From assembly GCA_038244925.1 (NCBI GenBank), contig JBBRSX010000010.1:4337-68336 (forward strand): 64,000 nt of DNA, in the 5' to 3' direction. The stretch is from Hyphomicrobiales bacterium. Its GTDB lineage: Bacteria > Pseudomonadota > Alphaproteobacteria > Rhizobiales > Xanthobacteraceae. Shown here one piece after another: positions 49,507-60,664 of this stretch. Each line of letters opens with the position of its first letter. The first letter of the stretch is position 1. The position numbers were made by a program, and so were the translations under genes. The notes beneath the pieces were generated by a model. It saw only the letters and a list, made by a program, of their open reading frames with translations, was not told where the DNA came from and made no database searches.

Positions 49507-50757
49507 TCATTCTAACTGTATGAGGACGCCTCTGGCACCGTTAAGCAGCCGCTTCAGATGGAAGCCCGCGAGCGCATCATTGGCGTGCATTCCGACCAGC
49601 GCCGCAAAGGCCGGCATTGCCGTGGCATCGCCGGTTTCCAACTTGGCATAGGCCTCCGCGTATTGCGAAGCGGCCGGGCTGATGAATGCCGTCTCCTGCA
49701 ACGGCTCATAGGCGCGCAGCGGCTCGCTGCGGCCGCGCAGCATGAGATCGCCGACAGGACGCCCCTTGAAATCGCCGGCGCCATCGGCGACCGCAGCGCT
49801 GACGCAAATGCGGGTGCCGAGAAACTTGTTGGCGGCCTCAAGCCGCGCCGCGGTGTTGATAGTATCACCATAGGCGGTGTAATCGAAGAATCGGCTGCCG
49901 CCAAAATTGCCGACCAGCGCCGGTCCTGCGTGAACGCCAATGCGGGTAGCCCCGAAATTAACACCTCTTGCCTTCCATCGCTGGCGAAATGCCTGTGCCC
50001 ACATGTCGAGATCATGGGCGCAGGCGATTGCACGTTTGGCGTAATCGGGCTGATCGCCCGGCGCATTGAAGAGAAGCTGGATCGCGTCGCCGATGATTTT
50101 TGCGACGGTGCCTTCATGCAGGAAGGCGACATCCGTCATTCCGCCCACGTATTCGTTCAGCAGTTCCCCCAAGATTTCGGGGGAAGCGGTCTCGACCAGT
50201 GAGGTGAAGCTCGTGATGTCGGTAAAGATAGTTGCGACATCGCGCCGATGCACTTCCATCCCGTCGCTACCGAGGTCAGCTGCGAGAAGGCTTGCGATCT
50301 GCGGCGAAAAATGTCGCGACAATGAGGCGTGCGCGCGCTCGGCCTCGGCCTGGCGAAATCGCGCTTCGCGCAAAGTCTCAATATGGCGCATGGTCTTTTC
50401 GATTGTCAGTTCGAGATCCCTGAAATCGACTGGCTTGGTGAGGAAATCGAACGCACCACGATTCATGGCCGTCCGGATATTGCGCATGTCGCCGTAGGCA
50501 GAAACGATGATGGTCGATCTCTTCTCCTCTGCCTCCTGCAATTTGGCCAGCAGCGACAACCCGTCCATCCGGGGCATGTTGATATCGGACACCACCATGT
50601 CGACGTCTGGGTGCGCTTCGAGCGAGGCGAGCGCTTCGATCCCGTCGTGAGCGAACAGAAATGCCACCGACCCATCGCGAATTAGACTGCGGAATTTCTG
50701 AAGCACAAGCGCCTCGAGATCGGGTTCGTCATCGACTACAAGGATAAGGGCGGTCAT
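49507..50757 (-). CDS. Response regulator receiver plus class III adenylate/guanylate cyclase
   Basis: VVDDE, SDINMP, KP; FTDITSFT, KIIGDA, YTAYGDTINTAARLE. Confidence 0.93.
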   Translation of the reverse strand: MTALILVVDDEPDLEALVLQKFRSLIRDGSVAFLFAHDGIEALASLEAHPDVDMVVSDINMPRMDGLSLLAKLQEAEEKRSTIIVSAYGDMRNIRTAMNRGAFDFLTKPVDFRDLELTIEKTMRHIETLREARFRQAEAERAHASLSRHFSPQIASLLAADLGSDGMEVHRRDVATIFTDITSFTSLVETASPEILGELLNEYVGGMTDVAFLHEGTVAKIIGDAIQLLFNAPGDQPDYAKRAIACAHDLDMWAQAFRQRWKARGVNFGATRIGVHAGPALVGNFGGSRFFDYTAYGDTINTAARLEAANKFLGTRICVSAAVADGAGDFKGRPVGDLMLRGRSEPLRAYEPLQETAFISPAASQYAEAYAKLETGDATAMPAFAALVGMHANDALAGFHLKRLLNGARGVLIQLE

Positions 50758-51143
50758 ACGCGGTGCCCGAGCCGAATATCGATCTCGTGCCGCAGCAACG
50801 TAAAATCAATCGGCTTTGTCAACAGGCCGACCGCGCCATTTTCGAATGCCTTCTTCCGTGTTTCAGCATCGCCATAAGCGGTAATCATGATGACAGGCAC
50901 GTCGGGACGCTCTGCCCGCACCTTCGGGAGCATTTCGAGCCCGCTCATGCCGGGCATGTTGATGTCAGACAGGATCAAAATCAGTGAAGGATCCCTGATC
51001 TCGGCCGCTCGCACCAGTGCCGCCGGTGCCGACGGCGCGAACTCCATCGTGAACCGGCCAGATTTCAGATCGCGGCGGAACTGCTGACGAAACAGAGCTT
51101 CAATATCGGGCTCGTCATCTACGACTAGTATGTAAACGCTCAA
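50754..51143 (-). CDS. Single-domain response regulator
   Basis: VVDDE, SDINMPG, ITAYG, TKP. Confidence 0.93.
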   Translation of the reverse strand: MSVYILVVDDEPDIEALFRQQFRRDLKSGRFTMEFAPSAPAALVRAAEIRDPSLILILSDINMPGMSGLEMLPKVRAERPDVPVIMITAYGDAETRKKAFENGAVGLLTKPIDFTLLRHEIDIRLGHRV

Positions 51144-51174
51144 TTGGCGCCTCCAGTATTTAGCGTTGCACCAC

Positions 51175-54100
51175 CTAACGGGGCAACGTAATGATGAACT
51201 CGGTAAATTCGCCGGCTTCGGTATAGACGTCGATTGTTCCGCGGTGCTGTTTTACGACGATGTCGTGGCTCATCGACAATCCAAGACCGGTGCCCTCGCC
51301 AGCTGGCTTGGTAGTGAAGAACGGGTTGAACATCTTCTCCTTCACCTCGAGAGGAATGCCGGTTCCATTATCGTGTATCCGAACTTCGACCTTGTTGCCC
51401 AGGTTCCTCGTGCTTGCGCTGAGTATGGGTTCGAAGCCGTCCTCGGCTTCTTTGCGCTTGCCGGCAGCGTAAAAGCCGTTGGAAATCAGGTTGAGAAACA
51501 CCCTCGTGATTTCTTGCGGGTAAAGGTCGATCATGCCGGCATCGGGATCAAAATCACGCCGTAGGGTAATGTTGAAAGCCGGCTTCTCGGCGCGTGCCCC
51601 GTGATAGGCGAGATTGAGGCTCTCCTCGATCAGTGCGTTGATATCGGTGGGATGGTGATCACCGGAACCCTCCCGCGAGTGCAGCAGCATGTTCTTAACG
51701 ATGGAATCGGCGCGTTTGCCGTGTTGCACCACCTTTTCGAGGTTGGACTTAAGCATTTGCGTTAGTTCGCTGACGTCATCGCGTATCTTTTGATCAAGCG
51801 GCGCCGGGGCCAGGATTTCGTCGAGTTCGGCGATAAGTTCAGCTGAGAGCGATGAGAAATTGTTGACGAAGTTAAGCGGGTTCTTTATCTCGTGCGCGAT
51901 CCCGGCGGTAAGCTGACCGAGCGAAGCCAGCTTCTCGGTCTGCACCAGACGGCCTTGTGCGGCGCGCAGGTCGTCGAGCGATGCAGATAGCTCGCGGGTG
52001 CGTGCTTGCACCTCGTCGAATAGCCGCACGTTCTCGATCGCGATGACGGCTTGGTCTGCAAAGGTCTTGATCAGATCTATCTGCTTACTTGTAAAAGGCT
52101 TCACAGCTAGTCGGGTCAGCGTCAGCGCGCCGATGGTAATACCTTCGCGCAGCAGCGGCACGCCGAGAAAGCTGCGAGGATTGCCGCTCAATTGATGGCC
52201 TTCAAAGTCATATTCGGGATCTGCAAGCACATCCTCGACGTGGACGATGTGCCCTTCGAGCAAGGTTCGTCCGGTGATCGTTCGACGATCCGGTTCAACG
52301 GGCGTGGCCCGTGCGAACTCTGCGAATTCTCTTGGAAAGCCGTGAGACCCAGCTCGATAAAAGGCGTCGTCTATCCTTCGGGTGATGGCGGCCATATCAG
52401 CGTCGCAGAGTCTCGCGGCAGATGCGACAAGCGTATCGAGCACCGTCTGTAGATCGAACGCCGAGCGATTAATGACCTTGAGCACGTCCGCAGTGGCGGT
52501 CTGCTGCTGCAAAGACTCGGCTAAATCGCGGGTGCGCGCCCGCACTTCCTGAAACAGCCTAACATTGAAAATGGCGATGACCGCCTGATCCGCGAAAGTC
52601 TTAAGCAATTGAACGTGTTGGTCGGTAAAATGGCCCGGTTCCACTCGCGTTTGGCCGATCATGCCAATTGGCGTCCCGTCCCGCATGAGAGGAACAAACA
52701 ACATGCTGCGATATCCCCGCAACCGCGCCAGATTCCGCATGCGATCGTCTTCTTCCGTATCCGGCAGAAAGAAGAGTTCGCCCTTTAGAATTTGTTGACT
52801 CCCGGACAACTCGGAGAGCGGCCTCGGAAATGATTCCGTGAGTGCAGCGTCCGCGGCCGGGTTAGTCTTGGTATAGGCTGATAAATGAATTGTTTGATCA
52901 ACAATGCTGAGCACGGTCGTCGATAGGCCATCAACCAGACGGTTTGACCGCTCGGCAATTGCTTGGAATACTGGCTGCACATCGTCTGGCGAGCTGGCGA
53001 TTACCTTCAGGATATCCGCTGTCGCCGTCTGCCGTTCCAACGCCTCTTTGGTTTCGTTGAATAGCCGGGCGTTCTCGATCGCGATCACGGCTTGGTCGGC
53101 AAAAGTGGTTACCAGTTCTATCTGGCGTTGCGTGAAAGGGCGCACTTCCGTGCGCGCTATGGCAAACGCGCCGATCGGCTCGCCGTCGCGAAGCATAGGC
53201 ACGCCCAGCATAGTTCGCACGCCACCGATCCGCGCGCTTTCTTTTTCGGTGTAATCGGGATCCTCCAAGGCATCAACGATTTGCACGGTGCCATTTTCCT
53301 GCGCCACCCGGCCGACGAGTGTGCCGCGACCGGCGCGGATCTCGATGCGTTTCTCGATCTCCAGATATTCCGGTGTTAGGTCCATCACACTGGCAGCATA
53401 ACGATATATCTCTCCCTCACGCCGAAAGATCTGGCCGTGCTCGGTGTCGCACAAGCGCGTCGCAGTGACGACGAGTGATTTAAGCACGGTGTCGAGGTCA
53501 AATGCCGACCGGCTGATGACTTTAAGCACGTCAGCCGTGCCGGTCTGCTGCTGTAGCGATTCGCTCAGATCGTTCGTCCGATCCTGGACCTCCTTGAACG
53601 ATCGTGCGTTCTCGATGGCAATCACTGCCTGATCGGCGAAAGTCTTTACGAGGACAAGTTGGTCTTGCGAAAGTTCAAAACCAGCCCGGAGGTGGGTCAA
53701 GATGATAGTGCCGATGCCTTTGTCTTGGTTGATCAGCGGCACAAAGGTGATCGATCGAAAACCGCCGGCGGCTGCGGCTTTGCGAGTAAGCTCAGGCGTG
53801 TCCGGTGCCCCAGTATCAGGAATTTCGATGATCCGGCGCTCCAGCATAGCGCGCGCGGAGGGTGCACGATCAGGCTGAAAGGGAATCGGATATATCGCCT
53901 TGGCTCGGTCAGTATCGAAACCCGGGAGCGTTGCCGCTGTTGCATTCCAGTGAAGTTTATCATCCTTCAGAGTTGTAATCGTTGCGCCGCACGGTTCAAA
54001 AAGCTTCGCCGCGCTGTTCACGATTGCCTCGAAAACTGGCTGCACATCGTCCGGTGAGCTGGCGATTACCTTGAGGATGTCGGCCGTTGCCGTCTGCCGC

Positions 54101-54816
54101 TGCAGCGCCTCCTTGGTCTCGTCGAACAGCCGCGCATTCTGGATAGCGACCGCTGCTTGAGCCGAAAAATCCTTCAGCAGCGTGATCTGCCGATCGCCGA
54201 AGGGACGTGCTTCCTGCCGGAAGATCATGACGCAACCGATCACTCGTCGTTCGCTGAGAAGCGGGACGCAGAGGAGGCAGCGTGCGCCGCCTAATTCCAC
54301 CAGAGCACGGCGGTTGGGTTCGCCAGCGCGGTAGGCGTCGGAGTCCATCAAGTCCACTATGTGGACAAGCGGTTCGCCCTGGAGGTGCTGAAAGGGCGCA
54401 GTCCCCGGCCCGTAGTCTCCAGTGCTTTGAGCTCTGAAGGCCACATATTTCTCGGGAAGCCCGCGTGTGGCTGCCGTCCGGAAAATCATGCCGTCGTAGA
54501 CGGCGATCACGCCGAATTCGGCCCCACACAGATACATCGCCTTGTCCAGCATCGTGTCGAACACCAGTGGCAGGTCCCCGGACGAATTGCTGATCACTTG
54601 CAGCACCTCGGCAGTTGCCTTTTGCTGCTCCAGTGCTTGATCCAGCTCTTTGGTCCGGAGCTCTAGTCGGGCCTCCAACTCGGCGACCGAACGCCCGTCG
54701 CGCTGTTTAGGCGTAATGCGGCGCCTGGTCTTAGCGGTTTTGCTGCCCCTTGCCGGACTTGCCTTGCGGGCTTTCTTTTTGCTCGTCTTGCTGTCCGTCT
54801 TTGATCGCCGCGCCAT
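51175..54816 (-). CDS. Cytoplasmic sensor histidine kinase with five GAF domains
   Basis: Five repeats ending FA.QA.IAI.N.R.F; AHEIKNPL H-box, DNGTG, GTGLGL. Confidence 0.94.
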   Translation of the reverse strand: MARRSKTDSKTSKKKARKASPARGSKTAKTRRRITPKQRDGRSVAELEARLELRTKELDQALEQQKATAEVLQVISNSSGDLPLVFDTMLDKAMYLCGAEFGVIAVYDGMIFRTAATRGLPEKYVAFRAQSTGDYGPGTAPFQHLQGEPLVHIVDLMDSDAYRAGEPNRRALVELGGARCLLCVPLLSERRVIGCVMIFRQEARPFGDRQITLLKDFSAQAAVAIQNARLFDETKEALQRQTATADILKVIASSPDDVQPVFEAIVNSAAKLFEPCGATITTLKDDKLHWNATAATLPGFDTDRAKAIYPIPFQPDRAPSARAMLERRIIEIPDTGAPDTPELTRKAAAAGGFRSITFVPLINQDKGIGTIILTHLRAGFELSQDQLVLVKTFADQAVIAIENARSFKEVQDRTNDLSESLQQQTGTADVLKVISRSAFDLDTVLKSLVVTATRLCDTEHGQIFRREGEIYRYAASVMDLTPEYLEIEKRIEIRAGRGTLVGRVAQENGTVQIVDALEDPDYTEKESARIGGVRTMLGVPMLRDGEPIGAFAIARTEVRPFTQRQIELVTTFADQAVIAIENARLFNETKEALERQTATADILKVIASSPDDVQPVFQAIAERSNRLVDGLSTTVLSIVDQTIHLSAYTKTNPAADAALTESFPRPLSELSGSQQILKGELFFLPDTEEDDRMRNLARLRGYRSMLFVPLMRDGTPIGMIGQTRVEPGHFTDQHVQLLKTFADQAVIAIFNVRLFQEVRARTRDLAESLQQQTATADVLKVINRSAFDLQTVLDTLVASAARLCDADMAAITRRIDDAFYRAGSHGFPREFAEFARATPVEPDRRTITGRTLLEGHIVHVEDVLADPEYDFEGHQLSGNPRSFLGVPLLREGITIGALTLTRLAVKPFTSKQIDLIKTFADQAVIAIENVRLFDEVQARTRELSASLDDLRAAQGRLVQTEKLASLGQLTAGIAHEIKNPLNFVNNFSSLSAELIAELDEILAPAPLDQKIRDDVSELTQMLKSNLEKVVQHGKRADSIVKNMLLHSREGSGDHHPTDINALIEESLNLAYHGARAEKPAFNITLRRDFDPDAGMIDLYPQEITRVFLNLISNGFYAAGKRKEAEDGFEPILSASTRNLGNKVEVRIHDNGTGIPLEVKEKMFNPFFTTKPAGEGTGLGLSMSHDIVVKQHRGTIDVYTEAGEFTEFIITLPR

Positions 54817-54967
54817 AGCCGCCCCTGGGTCCAGAGCAGCATCTTATCGGCCGAGACCACCGGACTGGAAGGGGGATTGACCTAGGGCGCAGGTCGCCGA
54901 CTGCACCGGCCGCTTGGGCGCCGAGCGGGCAATCAATGCAAACGAGCTGAAAAACCTGGTCCAGGTC

Positions 54968-55056
54968 GTGCCTTTGGCGTCGAAACAACGCACCGGACTG
55001 CAATAACCTTGGTTTTAAAGGGATTTGTTGTCTCGCCGGTCTAGCTTCGGAGGGCA
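54968..55056 (+). repeat. Internal copy of the right att arm ending in the tRNA anticodon stem-loop
   Basis: Aligns with 62119-62207 and ends TCGCCGGTCTAGCTTCGGAGGGCA. Confidence 0.88.
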
Positions 55057-55184
55057 GCGGTCCCTCATCTCGCGCCGCTATTGTGACGGATTGTGACTCC
55101 GGCAGGCTTTCGAGGCAAGTGGCCTCTGATTCTAAAAGGAAATTCTACGACAGAGCGTTGCCTGTCATAGCCGTGGTCCATCGG
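55052..55184 (+). repeat. Repeat family C copy 3, fused to the att arm
   Basis: GGGCAGCGGTC...GCGCCGCTATTGTGACGGATTGTGACTCC...CTGATTCTAAAAGGAAATT...ACAGAGCGTTGCC...GCCGTGGTCCATCGG. Confidence 0.85.
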
Positions 55185-55201
55185 AGTTCCGCCGCCAAGT
55201 T

Positions 55202-55957
55202 TCAAGCTTCCACGACGCGCTCGATATGGATCCGGCGGCAATCCATCTCATACTCGAGATTGACAACTGGCGGACGATTGAAATGCCAAGTCAGCCCGTT
55301 GCGGAGAACGCCGCGCTTGCCAAGTTCGCTTTCCAGTAGGCTGTAGATATCCTGCACGGTGTAGAGCTGCACCGCCGTGGTCTTGCTCCAGTCGCCGGAG
55401 AACGCGCTCATCCGACGCTCCATTTCGGCCAGCACCCATTTGGCCTTATCAAGCATACCGTCCGGGCTGGTGTCGCCGAGTCGAACGATATGGTCATGGT
55501 AGTTCGCCTTGCCCTCGGCGGATTCGCCGCTGCCGGCGACCACGAACGACGCCGGCGCATTCGCGGCGACGGTGGTGAAGGTGAAAGCGTGGAAGCCGGG
55601 TTCTGACGGCGGATCGAGCTTCGGACAGACATTACTGCGTGCTACCGGGTTGATGCCGTTTTTCATTACGCCCCACTCAATCAGGGTTTCGATGTAAATT
55701 TCGTTGAAAGCCTTGAAGCCTTCTTCGGTGAATGGCGCCGGAGATCGCAATTCACAGGCGGCGAATGAGGTCAGCGGCCTTCCCGCCTGCCTGATGATCT
55801 CGGCGATTTTCGCAAACCCCTGCCTCAATGGCACCACCCTGGAGAACTGCACGCGTTGCAACGTAAAGCCCGGCAGTGCGCCGACGCCGCAGGAATACTG
55901 ACTGACCCCAGGCATGAAGCGATAGCCGCTGTCGGCTGCTTCTACGGTCTCGATCAT
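55202..55957 (-). CDS. 2-amino-5-chloromuconate deaminase CnbZ-like protein
   Basis: GVSQYSCGV, ACELRSPAPF, NPVARSNVCP, FVVAGSGE, RPPV..LEYEMDCR. Confidence 0.78.
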   Translation of the reverse strand: MIETVEAADSGYRFMPGVSQYSCGVGALPGFTLQRVQFSRVVPLRQGFAKIAEIIRQAGRPLTSFAACELRSPAPFTEEGFKAFNEIYIETLIEWGVMKNGINPVARSNVCPKLDPPSEPGFHAFTFTTVAANAPASFVVAGSGESAEGKANYHDHIVRLGDTSPDGMLDKAKWVLAEMERRMSAFSGDWSKTTAVQLYTVQDIYSLLESELGKRGVLRNGLTWHFNRPPVVNLEYEMDCRRIHIERVVEA

Positions 55958-55999
55958 GGTGTCTCCTTCAGTGAATTTGATTTTGGCGGGTGACGCCGC

Positions 56000-56731
56000 T
56001 CATTCTTCGAGCACGCCGAGATAGGCGTCGCGAATGATCGGATCGGCCAGCAGTTCCGCACCGTGTCCAGTGCGCACAATGCGGCCCATATCCATGATAT
56101 AGGCGGAGTGGCAGAGGTCGAGTGCGGTGATGACGTCTTGCTCAACAAGCAGGATCGACACCCCCTCGGCATTAAGCGCCCGCAGCGCAGCCAGCAATTG
56201 TTCGACCAAAATCGGGGATAAGCCGAGCGACAATTCATCGATCATCAAAAGTTGCGGCGCGCTCATTAGGCCTCGGCCGATCGCGCACATTTGCTGTTCG
56301 CCGCCGGACAAGGTCGCGGCGGTCTGGTTGCGGCGCTCGCGCAGTTTCGGAAAGGTAGTATAGACCCGATCAAGGTCGCGTGTTAGCGCGGCGCGCGCCA
56401 CCTTGCGGGAGTAGGCGCCCATCAGGAGATTGTCCTCGACGCTCATGGCGCCGAACAGCCGGCGGCCTTCGGGAACATGCACAATGCCGTGGCTTAAGAT
56501 CCGCGCCGGCGAGGCTGTCGCGAAGTCCTCGCCGCCTGAGTGATAGATGCCGGACTGCATCGGGATCAGCCCGGACAGCGCCCGCATTAGGGTCGTCTTG
56601 CCGGCGCCATTGGAGCCGATTAGCGCGGTGATTTCGCCTGAGCGCACAGCCATGTCGATCCCCCACAGCACCTGGATCTCACCGTAGCCGGCGCACAGGC
56701 CATTCACTTCCAAAATCAGGGGGTCAGCCAC
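56000..56731 (-). CDS. Branched-chain-type ABC ATPase (LivF-like)
   Basis: GSNGAGKT, PEGRRLF, LSGGEQQM. Confidence 0.93.
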   Translation of the reverse strand: MADPLILEVNGLCAGYGEIQVLWGIDMAVRSGEITALIGSNGAGKTTLMRALSGLIPMQSGIYHSGGEDFATASPARILSHGIVHVPEGRRLFGAMSVEDNLLMGAYSRKVARAALTRDLDRVYTTFPKLRERRNQTAATLSGGEQQMCAIGRGLMSAPQLLMIDELSLGLSPILVEQLLAALRALNAEGVSILLVEQDVITALDLCHSAYIMDMGRIVRTGHGAELLADPIIRDAYLGVLEE

Positions 56732-57473
56732 GGGCGGAATTCCGTTGCGCGTATTGCAGGCCGAGATAGGCATCGACTACGGCTGGGTTCTTGATCACGT
56801 CACGGGGCTCGCCGTCGGCGATCAGCGACCCGTTATGCAGAACGATGATGCGGGTGCAGACGTTGAGCACCACCTTCATCAAGTGCTCGATCATCACGAT
56901 GGTGATACCACTGGCTGCGAGCTGCTGGATCAGCGTCATGGCGCGCTCGACCTCGGCGCTGTTTAGGCCGGCGTTAACCTCGTCGAGGAACAGTAGCTTA
57001 GGCTTCATCGCCAGCGCTTTAGCGAGCTCGAGCCGCTTGCGCATCGCTAGGGTCAATGTCGCCGCGGATTGATCAATCTGGGCATCGAGGCCGACGAAGG
57101 AAAGGTGCGCGCGGGCTTCTTCACGGGCGGATTTCAGACTTTCACCATGCTGCGAGAACAGCGCGGCAGCTGCAACATTGTCGAGTGCGCTGAACTCGGC
57201 GAACGGCTGCACGATCTGGAACGTGCGCGACAGCCCCAGCCGCGCGGCCTGGTAGGTCTTGATCCTGGTGATGTCGCGTCCATCAAAGGTGACGACGCCG
57301 GAACTGGCCGGTGTCACGCCGCAGATGGTGTTGACCAAGGTGGTCTTGCCGGCGCCGTTAGGGCCGATAAGGCCGAGAACTTCGCCCTTGCTGACTGACA
57401 GCGTGACCTCGCGCAACGCCTTTAAGCCGCTAAAGTGGCGCGACACGCGGTCCAGGTGAAGGATCTCAGACAT
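56724..57473 (-). CDS. Branched-chain-type ABC ATPase (LivG-like)
   Basis: GPNGAGKT, RTFQ, IEH, AYLG. Confidence 0.93.
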   Translation of the reverse strand: MSEILHLDRVSRHFSGLKALREVTLSVSKGEVLGLIGPNGAGKTTLVNTICGVTPASSGVVTFDGRDITRIKTYQAARLGLSRTFQIVQPFAEFSALDNVAAAALFSQHGESLKSAREEARAHLSFVGLDAQIDQSAATLTLAMRKRLELAKALAMKPKLLFLDEVNAGLNSAEVERAMTLIQQLAASGITIVMIEHLMKVVLNVCTRIIVLHNGSLIADGEPRDVIKNPAVVDAYLGLQYAQRNSARG

Positions 57474-58401
57474 ACTTGATCCTCCACCGGAACATACCGG
57501 TCCGTAGCGACATCAGCCCGTGCGGCAGGAACAGCAGCAGGATGATGATCAGCACGCCGAGCACGCCGGAGTGAATCTGGATGTAGTTGCGCCAGACTAC
57601 CTCTTCGAGTCCGAGATAGACGAAAGCGCCGCAGACCACGCCGAGCGGAGATCCCAAGCCGCCCATAAGCGCCATCACGATCGGCTTGACCGAATATAGA
57701 ATATCAAACACGTCTGAAGGGTCGATGTAGTGCACCCATGCAGCATAGATGCCACCGGCGGCACCGACGAAACAAGCCGACAGACCGAACGCGGCGCTCT
57801 TGTAGAGCGTCGCATTGAGGCCAATCATATTGGAGGCGGTCTCGTTCTGGCGGATGCAGTTTAGTCCGAAGCCAAGCTTGGAGCTTGAGACGATCATCAC
57901 CGCCACTGCGGTCAGCAGCAGTAATCCCCACATTGCAAAAAAGAAGAAGGTTGCATCGGCAAGAATGCCGGAGCCGGAAGCCAACGGAATATTAAGCCCC
58001 ATCCCGCCTCCGGTGAGGTCCGTTGCATTGTTGACCAATTCCCGGAAAACCTCGACTAGCGATAGGCTGGCAATCGCAAAGTAATGACCGCGCAGCCGAA
58101 GTAGCACCGCGCCGAGCGCTGAGGCGAGTATAAGGCAAAGCAGCATTGAGGCGGTCACCGCGAGCGAAAACGACACGCCTATATTTATGAGGATGCCGGT
58201 CGCGTAGGAGCCCAGGCCGAAGAACGCCGCGGTCGCGAACGAGGGATAACCCGCAAAACCGCCGACGATGTTCCAGGATAGCGCGAAAATCGCATACATG
58301 CAGGCGATGGTGCCGACCCGCAGCGCATAGGCACCGCCGAAAAGCGGCAGCGCCGCGACGCAAGCTATCAGGAACAGCAATGCGACATTGGTCCGGGTCA
58401 T
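57466..58401 (-). CDS. Branched-chain-type ABC permease (LivM-like)
   Basis: LRLRGHYFAIASL, TGGGMGL, GGLGS. Confidence 0.92.
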   Translation of the reverse strand: MTRTNVALLFLIACVAALPLFGGAYALRVGTIACMYAIFALSWNIVGGFAGYPSFATAAFFGLGSYATGILINIGVSFSLAVTASMLLCLILASALGAVLLRLRGHYFAIASLSLVEVFRELVNNATDLTGGGMGLNIPLASGSGILADATFFFFAMWGLLLLTAVAVMIVSSSKLGFGLNCIRQNETASNMIGLNATLYKSAAFGLSACFVGAAGGIYAAWVHYIDPSDVFDILYSVKPIVMALMGGLGSPLGVVCGAFVYLGLEEVVWRNYIQIHSGVLGVLIIILLLFLPHGLMSLRTGMFRWRIKYV

Positions 58402-59264
58402 TCAAAACCCTTTCGGCCGAGCAGGCCTTGCGGCCGGACCATCAGAAAGATGATCAACAGCACAAACGACAGTGTGGTGGCATGAGCGGGGCCGAACAGC
58501 GTCGAGCCCACGCCCTCCACCAGCGCCAAGAGCAATCCGCCGGCCAAAGCGCCGGAGACGCTGCCAAGGCCGCCGAGCACGCAGACCACGAAAGCCTTGC
58601 CGAGATAGGTCGACGAGGTCAGCGGCGAGATCGGAAAGATTAGCGCCATCAGCACTCCGGCGCAGCCGGCCAATGCCGCGCCAAGCCCGAAGGCGATTGC
58701 GTAGATCGACTTGACGTCGACGCCCATTAGCACCGCTGCGTCGCGATCGAGTCGGACCGCAACGATGGCACGGCCGACCTTAGATCGCCGCAGCAGCAGA
58801 TACAGTAGGCCAGTGAGCGCCAGCGCGGATGCCGTGGCGATTAGGCGGTCAACCGGCACGACCACGTCGAAAAGCGAGACCGATCCCGTTGGCGGGCTTA
58901 GAGTCAGCTTGCGATAGTCCGCCTTGAAATAGTAGATCATCGCGTTGTTGAGAACCAGGTCGAGCCCGAACGTCAGCGTCAGCGTCACTAGAACCGGGGC
59001 GGTAATGACACGGTTGAGTAATAGCCGCTGCAGCAGGTATCCAAAGGCAAAAAACAACGGTGCCGCTATGACCAACGCATACCATGGCGAGATACCAGCC
59101 CATTGATAGGCGCCGAACGCAAGATAGGCGCCCAGCACGATGAACGAGCCGTGGATCAGGTTGATAACGTTGAGCACGCCCCAGACCAGCGAGAATCCAA
59201 TCGCGATGCAGGCATAAAGGCAGCCCAGCACCAGGGCGTTAATCAGGACCTGGACTGCCAGCAT
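58398..59264 (-). CDS. Branched-chain-type ABC permease (LivH-like)
   Basis: GFSLVWGVLNVINLIHG, GGLGSV, RPQGLLG. Confidence 0.92.
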   Translation of the reverse strand: MLAVQVLINALVLGCLYACIAIGFSLVWGVLNVINLIHGSFIVLGAYLAFGAYQWAGISPWYALVIAAPLFFAFGYLLQRLLLNRVITAPVLVTLTLTFGLDLVLNNAMIYYFKADYRKLTLSPPTGSVSLFDVVVPVDRLIATASALALTGLLYLLLRRSKVGRAIVAVRLDRDAAVLMGVDVKSIYAIAFGLGAALAGCAGVLMALIFPISPLTSSTYLGKAFVVCVLGGLGSVSGALAGGLLLALVEGVGSTLFGPAHATTLSFVLLIIFLMVRPQGLLGRKGFE

Positions 59265-59289
59265 TGAAATCCCTTGATGGGTGTGAGTC

Positions 59290-60507
59290 TCAGTTCACCC
59301 CGAGCTTGAAATCGCCCTGTTTGATCGCTTCAGGAAATAGCACGACTGGCTTTGCGTTTTGGATCTGGAAGACCGGAGGATCCAGGGAGTTAATCTGGCC
59401 GTTTGAACCAAACTTGACCGGACCAAAGAACGTCACGACATCGAGCTTGGCAAGTTCGTCGCGGACCTTGTCGCGATCCAGCGAACCAGCCTTCTCGATC
59501 GCCATTTGAAACAGTGCCCCGCACAGTGCTGCTGAGGCCTGGCCGTAGTCCGGTTCGCTGTTGTATTTGGCCTTGAACAGCTTCACGAAGTTGGAGGTCT
59601 TCCCGAAGATATCTTTGCCGTCATATTGTTCGGCGGGGTGCCACCACGCCGCGCTGGTTATATTCTCTGCGCCTGCGCCAGCGGATTCGATGAAGTCCTG
59701 GTAGGCCGGGCCCGCGATCATTGTCACGACTTCGGCCTTAATCTGCTGGTCGACCATCTGTTTGCGGATCAACAGCAGGTCGTTGGTGTAGCCAGTCACA
59801 AAGATCCATTGCGGCGCCAGTGACTTGATCTGCGACAGTGTCGCGGAATGATCAAGGGTGTTGATCGCATACTTTTCGAAATAGGCCACCTCGATGCTAT
59901 TCGCCTTGGCTGACTTTTCCATTTCCTGGGCGATCGCGAGCGGGAACAGATCGTTGCGCGCGAGAATTGCCACCTTCTTCACGCTGGGCGCCTTCGCCTT
60001 AACTATCTGGGTGAGGGGAGTGGTGAGGGTGTCATTTGGAGTGAAGGTGCCGAACAGGTATTTGTAACCTTGGTCATAGACCTGCGCCGAAGATGCAGTA
60101 GCCGCTAGTGTCGGGATTTTATATTTCTCGGATATCGTGCTTCCCGCCTTCGCGGCACCGGAGCCAAACGGGCTGAACATGAAGTTGACGTTGTCTTGCG
60201 TTATCATCTGCTCAGTCGCCTGCACCGCGCGTGGTGTATTCGACTGATAATCAACGTAGACGATCTCGACTTTGTATTTCTTGTTTCCGACAGCGATGCC
60301 GCCAGCTTTGTTGGCCTCGTCGGCCCAAAGGTCATAGCCCTGCTTTTGCTTCGTCGCCTCCGGCGCCAGTGGGCCGGTAATCGGCAATGGTGCGCCGAAG
60401 CGAATTACGTCGTCAGCGCGAGCCGACCCGGCATCCGCCAGGCTGACCAATGCCAGCAGCAATGAACCTGCGACGCAGGCGAAGCGAGCAAGCTGAGGAT
60501 GAACCAT
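59290..60507 (-). CDS. ABC substrate-binding protein (LivK/LivJ-like)
   Basis: Signal peptide, GAPLPITG, ANKAGGI, TFFGPVKF; GGAG RBS. Confidence 0.9.
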   Translation of the reverse strand: MVHPQLARFACVAGSLLLALVSLADAGSARADDVIRFGAPLPITGPLAPEATKQKQGYDLWADEANKAGGIAVGNKKYKVEIVYVDYQSNTPRAVQATEQMITQDNVNFMFSPFGSGAAKAGSTISEKYKIPTLAATASSAQVYDQGYKYLFGTFTPNDTLTTPLTQIVKAKAPSVKKVAILARNDLFPLAIAQEMEKSAKANSIEVAYFEKYAINTLDHSATLSQIKSLAPQWIFVTGYTNDLLLIRKQMVDQQIKAEVVTMIAGPAYQDFIESAGAGAENITSAAWWHPAEQYDGKDIFGKTSNFVKLFKAKYNSEPDYGQASAALCGALFQMAIEKAGSLDRDKVRDELAKLDVVTFFGPVKFGSNGQINSLDPPVFQIQNAKPVVLFPEAIKQGDFKLGVN

Positions 60508-60664
60508 CAAAATCTCCATCTGGGGCCTAAAGCTTTGGCCAATCGGAGCATTGCAAATCGGCTATTCGAATAAAAGCATTGAATTTAGACGCAATCGAAC
60601 TAAAAATTAGACCACTAGACACCTATTTGCTCTTTTGAAGGGCAGCGCCCTTCGGGAGAGCTTG

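Noticed and set aside
52960-54110. DNA direct repeats inside the histidine kinase
   Set aside because: Explained by tandem GAF-domain duplication, not mobile-element ends.
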